NCBI GenBank assembly: GCA_030390025.1
Contig: CM059447.1
Span: 45,818,001-45,882,000 of the forward strand
DNA from: Squalus acanthias
Taxonomy: Eukaryota
Direction of reading: 5' to 3'
Length of the DNA: 64,000 nt
Part shown: positions 1 to 13,353 of the stretch, piece by piece
How positions within the stretch are numbered: position 1 is the first letter of the stretch
How the letters are laid out: each line of letters starts with the position of its first letter
Notes under the pieces: model-generated
What the model saw: the letters and a program-made list of their open reading frames with translations, nothing else
Database searches by the model: none
What the model was told of the DNA's origin: nothing
Position numbers and translations under genes: made by a program

Positions 1-210
1 TTCACCTTAGAACAGAGAAGGTTAATGGGAGCTTTAATAGAGGTATTCAAAATTATGAGGGGTTTTGATAGAGTAGATAGGGAGGAATTGTTTCCACTGG
101 CAGGAGGGTCGGTAACCAGAGGACGCAGATTTACAATAATTGGCAAAAAATCCAGGGTGGAAATGAGAAGCAATTTTTTTCAAGTGGCCAGTTCTGATGA
201 TCTGGAATGC
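1..210 (+). mobile_element. CR1 LINE 3' fragment (window-truncated)
   Basis: Translates LIEVFKIMRGFDRVDREELFPLAGGSVTRG, typical of the CR1 ORF2 C-terminus. Confidence 0.8.
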
Positions 211-499
211 ACCAGCAGATTCTAGAAAGTGAGCTAGCTGAGGTGAGATGGAAAGAGGAATTACTCACAGGACTGTAAATCAGCACTGAGATATTTAAAA
301 CCGAGATTGCAAAGCTGCAGAATAAATATATATACATTAAAAAAAATACCATAAATTTCAGAATGAATAAATAGAGGTTATAAACAAGCTAAAATTGAAG
401 AGGCATTTGGGGGCTATAGATATAATTAAGAAAACATGAGAAAATAAGGAAATAGGTTAAGAAAGAGATGGGGAAAGCAAGCAAGGAAGGACATCTAAA

Positions 500-1010
500 C
501 AGAACACAAGTTGCAATGTAATGATGAAACTATATAAAACCTTAGAACACAGTAGGAGCGCTGTGTGCAATATTGGGCTCCACACTATAGGAAGGATATC
601 GAGGCTTTAGAGAGGGAGCAGCACAGATTGACTCGGAAATACAAAGAAAGGTGTGAAGAATTGGAACTGTTTCATTAAAACAAAGGAGATTAAGGGCTGG
701 TTTGATAGAAGTGTTTAAAATTATGAAATGATGGGACAGACTAGTGATTGAGGGGACATAGATACAGATTTAGGACAGAGAGCAGGGGAAACTTTCTTTA
801 CAGCGAGGGTTGTACAGCTGTGAAATGCACTACAAGAGTTGATGATTGAAGCAGAGACCATGTCAACAGGTTAGATCACTGGTTGAAGGAAAAAGGGGGT
901 AAAGGAATGTGGGAACAGGCCGGGCACATGGGATTGGGGCAACCTGTGTGGAGGATGAGCACCAGGCTGGTTGAGCTGACCGGCCTGTTCCCATGATCTA
1001 TTTCTGTGTA
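500..1010 (+). mobile_element. Old degraded CR1 3' fragment
   Basis: Remnants of VMMKLYKTL...CVQYWAPHYRKDIEALE and a CR1-like 3' UTR. Confidence 0.65.
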
Positions 1011-2267
1011 AAAACACATCTGAGATTGGCAATGTAATGATGAACCTATATAAAACCTTAGAACTCAATGCAGCACAAACCTATCCCAACATTCTGTGAC
1101 ACACCTGCATAGACTTCAGTTAGTTTAAAACCTGCAAGGTTCAGGTGGGCACCCTAGGATTTGAAACACAAAAGCGTACAACAGGTGAATTCAATGCGTA
1201 ATGTTTCTCCTGCTGTGTGTTGTAGCAATCTATGGGCGTGGAGTCCTCTTATACAAGTACCAATGGCGGGTTTGTTAACAGTGGCTCGGTGAGGGCTTAG
1301 TGACCTCTTGTTGAAAGCCTTAAGGATGTGGTGCAGAGCCACACATTCTTTCAGAACTGTCTCGGTAAAAAGCTCTCACTCTGACTCCTGCAGTCAGGCT
1401 CCAGATAGAGTTTCGTCATACACACAGTCAAATTGAATTTGGATACCTAAATCCTATTTGTCCACAAGCTTCATTTGGCAATGAATTCCAATACAAGATG
1501 AGTATGTTTTGTAACACTTTTTCCAGCAACTGTGCGTGGGATGTAGACTGGGTGTGAGAATGAAAAATGCTGTTCAAGGCAGTTAGCCAATATGCTGATT
1601 GTGGTAGGCCATTCTGCCCATGTTGTGTCACAGCTGGAATGAAATGTGGACACATTGAAGGTGCCTGAGCTTGTGGAGTGTGGACGGCCCGAGTCATTTC
1701 TGGTTATTTATGAAACGTCTGCACTTTGCAATTTTCACTTGGTGCCCGATATCAATCAGATTACTGTCTGTGGGACATGGGCAGCAAACTGGCTGAAAGG
1801 TCATTTGTTATCATTAAAAATTGGCATATTGATTCTGTGCTCAAAACCCTTCCTGGATGTATATAGGAGTGATGACAGATCATTCAGTACATTGTGTCAG
1901 AAGTGTTCATGGATTCTATCGCACAAGCTGACTGCTCGACCCATTTTGAAACAAGTGAAATATCAAATATTTGCACAAAGTGGTCGCTGGTCCTGTATAT
2001 CCCCATTTAACTGACTTTTTCTGATTTGTAGAAACTGACCCACATATAGTAAAAGCATGGCAGAGAGTTGAGGAAATTCATCCTGCCCCTGACCAGAAAA
2101 AAAACCCCATCTCTGGCCAAATCAACACCGAGCCTAAGAATGGGCGGCAGCCTCCCTGTGGCAGTTTCAATACTGCCCTCGGCTCCTGAGAATGCCAGGG
2201 CACCAGCTCTTTTCTCCTTCGCACGAGGCTGCTTGTGTTGCCCTCTCTAGCTCCCTTTATATTGGTT

Positions 2268-2965
2268 TATATTTCTCATCTACATGCTGCCCCTCGGTGA
2301 CATCATCTGAAAACACGTCGGGTTCTACATGTACGCTGACAACACCAGCTCTACCTCATCACCTCTCTTGACCCCTCCATCACCTCTCTTGACCCCTCCA
2401 ATGCCTCTGATTTGTGACGCTGCTTGTCCGACATCCAGTATTGGATGAGCAAAAATTTCCTCCAAATCCATGGAAAGACCGAAGCCATTGTCTTCGGTCC
2501 TCGCCACAAACTCCGTTCCCTGGCCACTGTCCAAGTCTGAACCAGACTGTTCACAAACTCGGAGTCCCATTTGACCCTGAGCTGAGCTTCCTACTGCATA
2601 TCTTCTCCGTCACCAAGACCGCCTAATTCCACCTTTGTAACATCACCTGTCTCCACCCCCGCCTCAGCCCATCTGCTGCTGAAACCCTCATCCATACCTT
2701 TACCACCACTAGACTCGAATATTCCAATGCTCTCCCGGCCGGCCTACCACCTTGCACCCTCCTTAAATTTTAGCTCATCCAAAACTCTGCTGCCTGTGTC
2801 CTAACTCGCACCAAGTCCCGTTCACCCATCACCCCTGTGCTCACTGACCTACACTGGCTCCCAGCCCAGCAGTGCCTCGATTTTAAAATTCTCATCCTTG
2901 TTCTCAAATCCCTCCATGGCCTCGCCCCTCCCTATCTCTGTGACCTCTTTCAGCTCCACAACCCT
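2268..2965 (+). mobile_element. L2 LINE, 5' part (interrupted by CR1)
   Basis: MYADNTQLY, TRLEYSNALL and LTDLHWLP...FKILILV motifs; resumes at ~5799. Confidence 0.85.
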
Positions 2966-5798
2966 GGGGAGGGTTCAGGAATGATAGAGAAGGAAAGAGA
3001 GGAGGGGGTGTGGCAGTATTGATGAAGGATGATACAGTTCTAAATAGAAACGATATATTAGATGGTTCTAGGACTGAATCTATTTGGCTTGAGTTGAGGA
3101 ACAGAGGGGGAGCTGTTACATTGGTGGGTGATTTTTATAGAGCTCCAAACAGTGAGGGGAAATAGCTGAGCAAACTTGTTGCCAAATATCAAAAGGCGTG
3201 TAACAAAAATAGAATAATAATATTAGGAGATTTTATTTACCCTAATATAGACGAGGAAAAACATAGTGCTAAGGGTAGGGAAGGAGAGGAATTACTGATA
3301 CGTACAGGACAACTTTCTCGATCAATACGTCTCCAGTCCAATAGAGGAAGGATCTGGTTCTGGGAAATGAAGTAGGGCTAGTGGAGTGTGTTACAGCAGG
3401 AGCTGGTCCAGCCAACAGTGACCACAACATAATTCGGTTTAGAGTAATTATTGGAAAGAGACCAGACAATATCAAAGGTAAAAATGCTAAACTGGGGAAG
3501 AGCTAATTTCAGTGATTTAAGAAGGGACCTGGCACAGGTAGATTAGAAAAGGTGATTGCAGGTAAAGCAGCAACGGAGGGCGTTCAGGGAAGAGATAGTT
3601 CAGGTACAAACTAGGCATGTTCCTTTTGAAGGGAAAAGGTAGAGCATCCAAAGCTAATGCGGCCTGGATGACAAAAAGTTAAAACAGGAAAAGGAGGCTT
3701 ATGACAAATGTCAGGAGCAAGATTCAGTTAATAACCAGGAAGATTATGGAAAGTACAGGAGGGAATTGAAAAAGTTAATACGGGAGGCAGAGAAAAGATT
3801 AGCAGGCAACATTAAATTGAACCCTAAAACATTTTATAAACATATAAAATGTAAGCTGTTAGCTGTGGAAAAAGTTGGGCCTATTGAGGACCCAAAGGGA
3901 AATCTTCATGTCGAGGCAGAGGACATGGCTAAAGTATTAAATGAGTGCTTTGCATCTGTCTTCACAAAGGAAGCGGATGATGAGGGTTACACTAAAAGAG
4001 GAGAGGGAAGTTATGGACAGGATAGTAATAGATAGAGAAGACGTACTAAAAAAATAGCATTACTGAAAGTCGGTAAGTCACCTGGTCCGGATGGAATGCA
4101 TCCTAAGTTGCTGAAAGAAACAAAGGTAGAAATAGCCGAGGCATTGGTCACAATTTTTCAATCCTCATTGGATACAGGAGCCATGCCGGAGGACTGGAGT
4201 GCTGCTCATGTTATACCTATTCAAGAAAGGGGGATGGATAAACCGGGAAACTACAGGCCAGTCAGCTTAACATCGGTGGTGGGGAAGTTATTGGAAACCA
4301 TTATCAGGGACAAAATAAACTTTCACTTGGAAAGGCATGGGTTAATCAAGGAGAGCCAGTATGGATTTGTTAAAGATAAATTGTGTCTGACTAACTTGAT
4401 TGAATTCGTTGACGAGGTACCAGAGAAGGTTGATCAAGGTAGTGCAGTAGATGTTGTGTATATGGACTTTCAGAAGGCATTTGACAAAGTGCCACACAGG
4501 AGGCTTATTAAGAAGATGGAATTAAGGGGAAAGTGGTGGAATGGATAAAATAATTGGCTCAGTGACAGGAAGTGGTGGTGGGTGGGTGTTTTTCAGACTG
4601 GGGGGTGGTTTACAGTGGTGGTCCCCAAGGGTCAGTTTTTGGGTCCATTACTCTGCAATTTTTATAAATGACCTAGACTCGGGTGTAGGGAGCAGCAATA
4701 TAAAGTTTGCAGATGACACGGAACTTGGTAAAGTAGTAGAGAGTGATGAGGATAGTTATAGACTCCTAGACTCGGGTGTAGGGAGCAGCAATATAAAGTT
4801 TGCAGATGATACGGAACTTGGTAAAGTAGTAGAGAGTGATGAGGATAGTTATAGACTCCTAGACTCGGGGGTAGGGAGCAGCAATATAAAGTTTGCAGAT
4901 GATACTGAACTTGGTAAAGTAGTAGAGAGTGATGAGGATAGTTCTAGGCTTCAGGCTGACGGGCAGGATGGTGAAATGAGCAGAAGCTCGGCCGATGGAG
5001 TTCAATGTGGAGAAGTGTGAAGTGATGCACTCTGGGAGGACTAATATGGAAAGTCAGTTTACTGTAAATGGCACGATTTTGAAAAGTGTCGATGAGCAGA
5101 GAGACCTTGGTGTCCATATACACAAATCCTTAAAGGTGGCAGGGCAAGTTGAGAAGGTGGTTAAAAAAGCGAATGGGTTACTTGGGTTTATAAATAGAGG
5201 AATAGAATATAAAAGCAAAGAGATCCTGCTCGAAGTTTATAAATCACTGGTTAGGCCTCAGCTGGAGTATTGTGGACAATTCTGGGCCCCACACTTCAGG
5301 AAAGATGTAAAGGCCTTAGAAAGGGTTCAGAGGAGGTTTACCAGGATGTTACCAGGGATGAGGGACTTCAGTTGTGAGGAGAGGTTGGAAAAGTTCGGAC
5401 TGTTCTCCTTGGAACAGAGAAGGTTAAGAGGTGACCTAATAGAGGTTTTCAAGATGATGAGAGGTTTTGATGGAGTAGATAGAAAAAAACTATTCCCTCT
5501 GGCGATTGACTCAATAACCAAAGGTCATAGATTTAAAATCATTGGAAAAAGATCTAGAGGAGAGATGAGAAAAAAGTTTCACTGCGTTGTCGGGATCTGG
5601 AGCGCTCTACCTGAAACGGTAGTGGAAGCTGATTTCATAAATAATTTTAAAAATGAGTTGGACAGGCACTGGAGGATGAGGAACTTACAGGGTTACAGAC
5701 AAAAAGCAGGACTAAGGATGACTGCTCTTTCTAAGAACCAGCACAGGCACGACGGGCCAAATGACGACCTTCTGTGCTGTAAGTTTCTATGTTTCTAA
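2966..5798 (+). mobile_element. CR1 LINE, near-complete decayed ORF2 (EN+RT), inserted into L2
   Basis: GNYRPVSLTSVVGK, DVVYMDFQKAFDKVPH, KFADDT, RPQLEYC; (TTTCTATG)-type tail. Confidence 0.92.
4673..4945 (+). repeat. In-frame 93-bp triplication of the CR1 RT catalytic segment
   Basis: CTAGACTCGGG...GATAGTTATAGACTC unit starts at 4673, 4766 and 4859; DSGVGSSNIKFADDTELGKVVESDEDS occurs three times. Confidence 0.95.
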
Positions 5799-6116
5799 GC
5801 CTCCGCGATCTCTGCACTCCTCCAACACTGGCCCTTGCGCATCCCCGATTTTCATCGCTCCACCATTGGCAGCCGTGGCTTCAGCTGCCTAGGCCCTAAG
5901 CTCTGGAATTCCCTTATTAAACCTCTCTGCCTTTCTAGCTCTCTCTCCTCCTTTAAGATGCTCCTTAAAACATACCTCTTTGACCAAGCATTTGGTCTCC
6001 TGTCCTAATATCTCCTTCTGTGGCTCGGTGTCAAAATTTGTTTGATAACGCTCCTGTGAAGTGCCTTGGGACACTCTTTATGTTGAAGAGCGCTATACAA
6101 ATCCATGTTGTTCTTG
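5799..6116 (+). mobile_element. L2 LINE 3' end (continuation of 2268-2965)
   Basis: CTCTGCACTCCTCCAAC...CTCTGGAATTCCC...GCGCTATACAAAT...GTTGTT tail, same as the L2 end at 22830-23120. Confidence 0.85.
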
Positions 6117-6244
6117 TTTTAGTGCCGTGTCCATCTCAGGCAGCTGGTGGCAACCTCAGAGTAAATTTCCCAAATTCGCTTAAGCCAGGTGCCAGGATAA
6201 CCCTGCTTCAAAAAAAATCTGCTCTTAAAGCAGCTGTTGTTACA

Positions 6245-8740
6245 TAGGAACTGTAGGCCATTCAGCCCCTCAAGCCTGTTCCGCCATTCAATTTAGATCA
6301 TGGCTGATCTGTATCTTAACTCCATTTACCCTGCTTTGCTGCATATCCCTTAATACCCTTACCCAACAAAAATCTATCAATCTCAGTCTTGAAAACTTCA
6401 ATTGACTCCCAGCATCCACAGCCTTTTGGGGGTGAGTTCCAGATTTTTACCACCTTTTGTGTGGAAAAAGTGCTTCCTATTTTCCAATTCAACAACACAA
6501 TTCCTGAGAAAGAGACCTTTTGAAAATGATGACTAAAGCATTTGCAATTGTTAATACCCTGGGTGGAAACCATCAGGTCCTGGAGATTTATCTATCTTAA
6601 GTCCCATTATTTTCTCTGTTACCGTTTCAAACATTTATATCGAATCCAATGCATTCCTCCCCTTAATTTATTTTCAGGTTCCCTTGTACCGCTGGTATTT
6701 TGTCATCTTCCTCTACTGTGAAGACCAATACAAAATATCAATTTAACAAGTCTGCCACTTCCTTATTGCTGATTGGAGTATCACCTTTGTCTGTCTTGAA
6801 TGGGCTCATATTTCCCAGAGCCACTCTTTCTCTCAATATATTTATAAAAGCTTTACTGTTAGCCTGATATCCCTTGCAAGTTTTTTTTTTCATTTTCCTA
6901 TTTTGCAGCTCTTAATGCTTTCGTTGTGTTTCTTTGTTGCTTTTTATAGCTCTCCCAGTCCACTGGATTTTCACTTTCCCTTGTATTTTTGTAAGCCTCT
7001 ACTTTTAGCTTGATACAGTCTCTTGTTGAGTTTATTGACCATGGTTGCCTAACTACACCATTGAGCTTTAGCCTTTTAAGAGTATGTTTTGTCCTGACCT
7101 GTTGAGTATTTCCAGCATTTTCTGTTTTTCCTTCTTTGAATACACTTTTACATAGAACTTGCAGCACAGAAGCAGGCCATTCGGCCCAACAGGTCTATGG
7201 TGGTGTTTATACTCCACACGAGCCTCCTCATACGTTACTTCATCTCGCCCTATCTATGCTATTCGCTTCAACCACTCCATGTGGTAGCGAGTTCCACATT
7301 CTCACCACGCTGAGTAAAGAAGTTTCATCTGAATTCCTTATTGGATTTATTAGTGACCGTCATGGCCCTGAGTGGAAACATCTTCTCTATGTCTACCCGA
7401 TCAAACCCCTTCATAATTTTAAAGACTTCTATTATGTCAGCTCTCAGTCCCTTTTCTAGAGAAAAGAGCCCCAGCCTGTTTGGTCTTTCCCGATGAGTAT
7501 AACCTCTCAGTTTTGGTATCGTCCTTGTAAATCTTTTTTTGTACTTTTTCCAGTGCTTTTAGATCCTTTTATAATATGGAGACAAGAACTGTTCACAGTA
7601 CTCTGAAGTGTGGTCCAACCAAGGTTCTATACATGTTTAACATAATTTCTCTGCTTTTCAATTCTATTCCTCTAGAAATGAATTTTGTTTGCTTTTTTTA
7701 TGGCCTTGTTGACCTGCGTTGCTACTTTTAATGATTTGTGTATCTGTACCCCTCCCCCCCCCCCCCACTCCCCAACCGTGTTCTCTCTTCCTCTACCCCA
7801 TTTAGACTTTTATTCCCCAGGAGTACATAGCCTCCTTATTCCTCCTGCTAAAATGCACCACCTTGTGCCTATCTATATTGAAATTAATTTTCCGTTTACA
7901 AGCCCATTCTGCAAGTTTGTTAATGTCTTGTACTTTTTCGCAGTCTTCCTCAGCATTAATGATAACCCCAATTGGGTCTCGTCCGTAGGTTAACAGTTCA
8001 GCCCAGTTTACTGTAGTCCGTTTGTCTCATTCCGTCGAAGTCGGCCTTACTTAAGATTAAAACCTTGGTTTGTGACTCCCCTACCTCCCTCTCAAACCTA
8101 ATATGGAATTCTGTCATGTTGTGGTCACTGTTCGCTAAGTGTTCCCTCACCGTCAGATTGTTGACTCATTCTGGCTCACTACTCATCCAATCTAGCATAG
8201 CCTGTTCCCTTGTTGGATCTAAAAACATACTGTTCCAGTAAACTGTTCAGAATAAACTCTCTAGAAATTGCTGCCTTTACAACTTGTGGTGTTCTGCTTC
8301 TCCCTGTCTTCGTGAAAATTAAAATCTCCCATTAAAACAGCTTTGCTTTTTCTACGTGCTTCTTTCATCTCCATTTTTATACATCCTCCTACATCATTAT
8401 TACTGCCAGACGGTCTGTAGACAACTCCCAGCAGAGTCTTGCATCCTTTACTGTTCCTTCGTTCTAATTGTTTCCACTGCCTGCTCACCCTTACTGACTT
8501 CCCTTTCCACTGCTGTAATTGTGTCTTTATCAATATTGCTACTCCTCATTTTCCAATTTCCCTGTCCTTTTTAAAGACCTTATAACCTGGAATATTTAGC
8601 TCCTAATCTTACTCAGCTTGTAGCCAAGTCTTTCTAATACCCACTAAGTCATACCCATTGAGCTGAATCTGGGCTTCTGATTGGCTTGTTTTATTCCTTA
8701 TGCTACGTGCATTAGTGTACATAACTCTGATTGGGTAACT
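6245..8740 (-). mobile_element. Nested decayed CR1 fragments (minus strand)
   Basis: Minus-strand MYTNARSIRNK, GVVYRPS, LMGDFNF (EN domain); a separate CR1 3' half at ~7152-7985. Confidence 0.8.
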
Positions 8741-10970
8741 GTCCCAATCTTGCTCAGGTGGTGGTGTTCTCACTTTTGACTTACCACTCTTCTTTTTCAT
8801 CACCCCTGCCCTGTTTTATTTATATAGATATTTTAGTATATGGAGTATTTATATTATCTTTATCACGTTTTGTAGTCTCACCTTTGCTCTCATCTCTTTT
8901 TCTCTTATCTTTAGGTTATTATAACTTTTATGATTCTTTCTACTCGGCCCTCCTACACCCAATCTCTCCCCCCCCTCCCCACCCCCGGCCCTCCTACACC
9001 CAATCTCTTTCCCCCCCCTCCCCCCCCCGGCCCTCCTACCGCACCCCTGCTTGATTTTTGTTCAAACTGCCTCACATCTGATTTAAATCTGCTTTTTACT
9101 CATTTCCATTTGGTCTTATTTTCCTGGCTTTACTTTGAAGTAATCTGACTTTACTTTACTTCCGTTTAATATTTTACACAACTAGATGGTCCCACAACCA
9201 CCTTCCTAGACCATAAAGCCTGAGTTTCTCTCATCTTTCCTCACTATTTGCGCCGTTTAAACATGCATCACACTTGCCCTTGTCTGTTTTATTTTTGTTG
9301 CAAGTTATCCTGTTTCCCCTGAATGACATTTTATTGAAAAACAATCCATGGGCTATTAGGGTGCTGGCTTGCTGAAATGTCCATGTCAAGCTCCCAATTT
9401 TGGTCAAACCCTGAGATTTGTGTAGTTATTGCTGCAAGTCACTACTCTCTGTGGCTGTGTCTTGCTTTTAGTCCTTGATGCAACTTTCACACAAATCACT
9501 GCCCAGCTCGGACAGTAGCTGAGAGAGCACCATCCCATCAGGTGTGGTCCAGTAAAAATCTATCCCTTTCTGAGTGATCAATGGTTGCAGTGTGGGCTGT
9601 ATCACTCGAGGGGCTCCATGTCGTAAGCTGAGTCGATGTGCAGGTATCTGAATTCCAAGGGTGTGTTCCAGCCGCGTGACCTGCTGGCCTCATCAAAGCT
9701 GTTCTTTCTGGACTTGGCATCCTCATTGCCAGGGTTTTCCATGTCACTTTTGGTTCATCTGAAGAGTTGAGGAGGTTTAGAAGCAAACCAATATTCCTGG
9801 AGGTATGACTCCTGCTATATACAGTGTCAACAGTTGTATCAATGGAGAGATTCCAATTCCAGGAGTGAATGGTGTTCGTGTTTGAACCATTCCCAGATTT
9901 ACCCTGAATTTCCATTGTCTTCAGATAGTCTGAAGCGTGCAGTACAGGCCACGGCTCAAATACTCCCTGTGGGAATCCGCAGAGCTGAAGCTGCTTGTAA
10001 ATTCCTTGGGTAAATTAGAGGTCAGAAATTGCTTGTAAATTGCTCCAGGTCAGATGCCTGGAGGAAATGCCTGGCTTTCTCCCTCTCTATTTTGCATATT
10101 TAACAAAGTTGATATCTGGAGTGTGGTGGAAATGTGCTTACATGCAAGAGTGATTTATAGATGTATATGGATTTTCATATTTCAGTTGAAAATTCTCATG
10201 CTCATTTTCTTGCCACCTGTAAAGTTTAATCGGCGACAATACATGGAACGCTCAGCAGTGCATGTACAGATAGGAGCAATGCCGCTTCCTGGCATGTGGC
10301 TACCGGCTAAACAAGGAAATGCAGAACTGAATGCACATAGCAGCTGTGGAATCTGTGCCTCATCTTTGGGCAGGTAGTGGCTGGGAGCTGTTGGCTCCAT
10401 CACTTTCTTGTGTATGTAGAGTCAGCTGGGTGCCTCTGCTGTTCTGGTGCACAGGGCCCACTCACTAATGGTGCAGGTGTTAATCCCATCACTGACACTG
10501 CTCCCAACCATGCTTTCTAAATAATGGACAGCTTTGTTCCGCAAGTGCTGGGAATGAACATGAGCGTTTTATCTTGTATTGCCTGCAGTGATTGGTTTTG
10601 TACCCCGTTGTCTTATGTAGACATTGCAGTATTTTACACTTGGATAGAGTGATAGAGAAAACAGCCTGTTGCATTGTTACTGAAAACAAAATCCACCCTG
10701 TAAAATATTTAATGTTATAATTGGAAAAGGTTTAAGACATTTGACAAAATGTAGTTCAACAGAAGTCAACGACTTTTAAGGAACCATCTTGAAAGAAAAT
10801 GCCCTGAAGGATTTGGAATTTTAATCTGAATTATTGAGCACGGCCTGTACTTTAACCCTCCCCTTTAAATCGTCTCATTCATGGAACATTTCATCTCTAT
10901 TGAGGCAAAAGTTTAGTTCCAACCCAGTGCATAAAGTTAACTTCTCTACAGGAGCTAATTTCCCCTCACT

Positions 10971-11172
10971 TAGGGGATAGAAATTCAACTTGTGCCGTAG
11001 CGCAAAACAGCCGGTGTCGCATCGGGCCCGTTATACACCCCGCCCAATAGTCACTTCAATTGACATCGGTGGGGCTGCGTAGCGGGCGGGACGTATAGCA
11101 GGGAGCCAATGTGACACCGTCTGTTTTGTGCTACTGCCCAACGCTACTTTCTAACGCTACTTTCTACCCCTA
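10971..11172. mobile_element. ~200-bp palindromic MITE
   Basis: Ends TAGGGGATAGAAA / TTTCTACCCCTA; inner arms GCCGTAGCGCAAAACAGCCGGTGTC vs revcomp of GACACCGTCTGTTTTGTGCTACTGC. Confidence 0.7.
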
Positions 11173-11189
11173 CCCCGGGCGGGTATATT

Positions 11190-11941
11190 GGCCCAGAAAT
11201 TTGACTCGGAGGCTTGCCGCGGGGGTAAGGATCGCGTGCGATATCACACTCCGCGCCGGCCGTTGTGTTTTGAGCCCACAGGAACTTCGGGTCCTGGGCC
11301 TCTCCCTAGTGCCGGCGCGCAGTGTGTGCGTGTCCCAGGGGCGCATTTAGTGCGATGCGACCTCTGGGATCACGTGGGCCATGGAGAGCCAATGGCAGCA
11401 GACTATCTTTCATTCATAGATTTGACAGGAGACTTGTCAAATCTGTGAATTGAAAGAGACCCCAAAAGAACAGCTAAACCTCAAATAAATTTTTAAAAAA
11501 ACCCATCCCATTAACAAAATAACTATAGTTAAATAAATTAACCACTTTAAACAAAAATTTAAATTTTTGAAAAAATTAAAAAAAATTTAAAGTTATAGAA
11601 ATAAACTTACCTTTCTTTAAAGTCTCTAAAAAAGATAAACCTGTTGAAAAAAATTAAAAATTATACTTAATTAACTACTTACCTTGTTCAAAAGGGGTCT
11701 TATGCCTCCTTTTTACATGTGTATAATCTTCCATACTTACCCTCGCGTTGAAACCTGAAAAAAAACCTAAGTGTGCTGCGTGCGCACAGCCTGTAGTGCG
11801 CACACGGTTCACCTAGGAACCGCCCCTTTCGCCATACCGGAAGTGCCGGTTTCCCGTGCATGCAGGAAACCGGCACTTCGGGTTTGAATACGGGTGAGTA
11901 CACAGTGCGTACTCACCCGGGAAGGGCCGAATTTTTGGGCC
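11190..11941 (+). mobile_element. Non-autonomous DNA transposon (PIF/Harbinger-like MITE), copy 1
   Basis: TIR GGCCCAGAAATT / AATTTTTGGGCC; 3-bp TSD ATT (11187-89, 11942-44); homologous throughout to 44143-44856. Confidence 0.85.
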
Positions 11942-12687
11942 ATTATTACACGTCAGTGACTGGAACACGTCTTGCAATGTATTTCCAATCATTTGCACCA
12001 TAGCGATGCTGAGTGCAAATGCCCCGTGTCCGTGGTTTCTAGAGTTATGGGTGGCATAGGGGAGATTAGAAAATTAAGGGGCCAGCAAACCCATGAAATT
12101 ACTTAAAGACTGATGCTTTTAAAAAGTAATTAAATTTTGAACACCTTTAGCCAGTGCATATAATACCCTTTGACAGGCCCCTAGCCAGTCAGGCCGGGGA
12201 GCCCGTCTACAAATTGCAAATGACCCTGACTGGAAACATCAACCAGGGTTGGGGGGGTGTCCCTGTGGTGAGCAGAGCTCTCCCCGCGCCCCCCCCCCTG
12301 GATGCCAGGAGCTGCAGAGATTGAAGAAATCTAAGATTCATGAGCTGTTAAATAATTCCAGTTGTAATACTTCGCCTTGTCTATGTTCCTCTATTTCTAA
12401 GTGGAAGTTTGTAGTTTATGTAGCGTTTTCAGTGACTTCAGCAAAGTATAGCACCATTTGAATTGTGAGCATCCACAAACAAAGGCAAATTTTGGTTGTA
12501 TCACAGCAAGGTGCTGCTCCCACCTTCGTAATGTCTGAGATTGTTGAACAGCTTAGGCCACGCACTGCTTCGCATCTATATCAAATTAAATTCACTTTTT
12601 TCAGTGTTAAAGCAGAAATGTTTTGCTTCTGATGTAACATTTAGTTTTTCTGGGATATGGATTTTTTTTTTTGGCCCCTGTAGTTGG

Positions 12688-13353
12688 ATGTGGTGAGGAG
12701 TTGAATCTGTTCAATGAGATTGTGGTGATAGGAGTTGAATCTGTTCAGTGAGATTGTGATGAGGGAGTTGAATCTGTTCAGTGAGATTGTGATGAGGGAG
12801 TTGAATCTGTTCAGTGAGATTGTGATGAGGGAGTTGAATCTGTTCAGTGAGATTGTGGTGATAGGAGTTGAATCTGTCCAGTGAGATTGTGATGAGTTGA
12901 ATCTGTTCAGTGAGATTGTGATGAGGAGTTGAATCTGTCCAGTGAGATTGTGATGAGGGAGTTGAATCTGTCCAGTGAGATTGTGATGAGGGAGTTGAAT
13001 CTGTCCAGTGAGATTGTGATGAGGGAGTTGAATCTGTCCAGTGAGATTGTGGTGAGGAGTTGAATCTGTTCAGTGAGATTGTGGTGAGGAGTTGAATCTG
13101 TTCAGTGAGATTGTGGTGAGGAGTTGAATCTGTTCAGTGAGATTGTGATGAGTTGAATCTGTTCAGTGAGATTGTGGTGAGGAGTTGAATCTGTCCAGTG
13201 AGATTGTGATGAGGGAGTTGAATCTGTTCAGTGAGATTGTGGTGAGTTGAATCTGTTCAATGAGGTTGTGATGAGTTGAATCTGTTCAGTGAGATTGTGG
13301 TGAGGAGTTGAATCTGTCCAGTGAGATTGTGGTGAGGAGTTGAACCTGTTCAA
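12688..13353. repeat. Minisatellite, ~30-33-bp unit GTGAGATTGTGRTGAGGGAGTTGAATCTGTYCA, ~20 copies
   Basis: Direct tandem array. Confidence 0.95.

Noticed and set aside
513-1064. 36-bp direct repeats at 513-548 and 1029-1064 as LTR or TSD
   Set aside because: The repeat is itself CR1 coding sequence, so most likely a small local duplication
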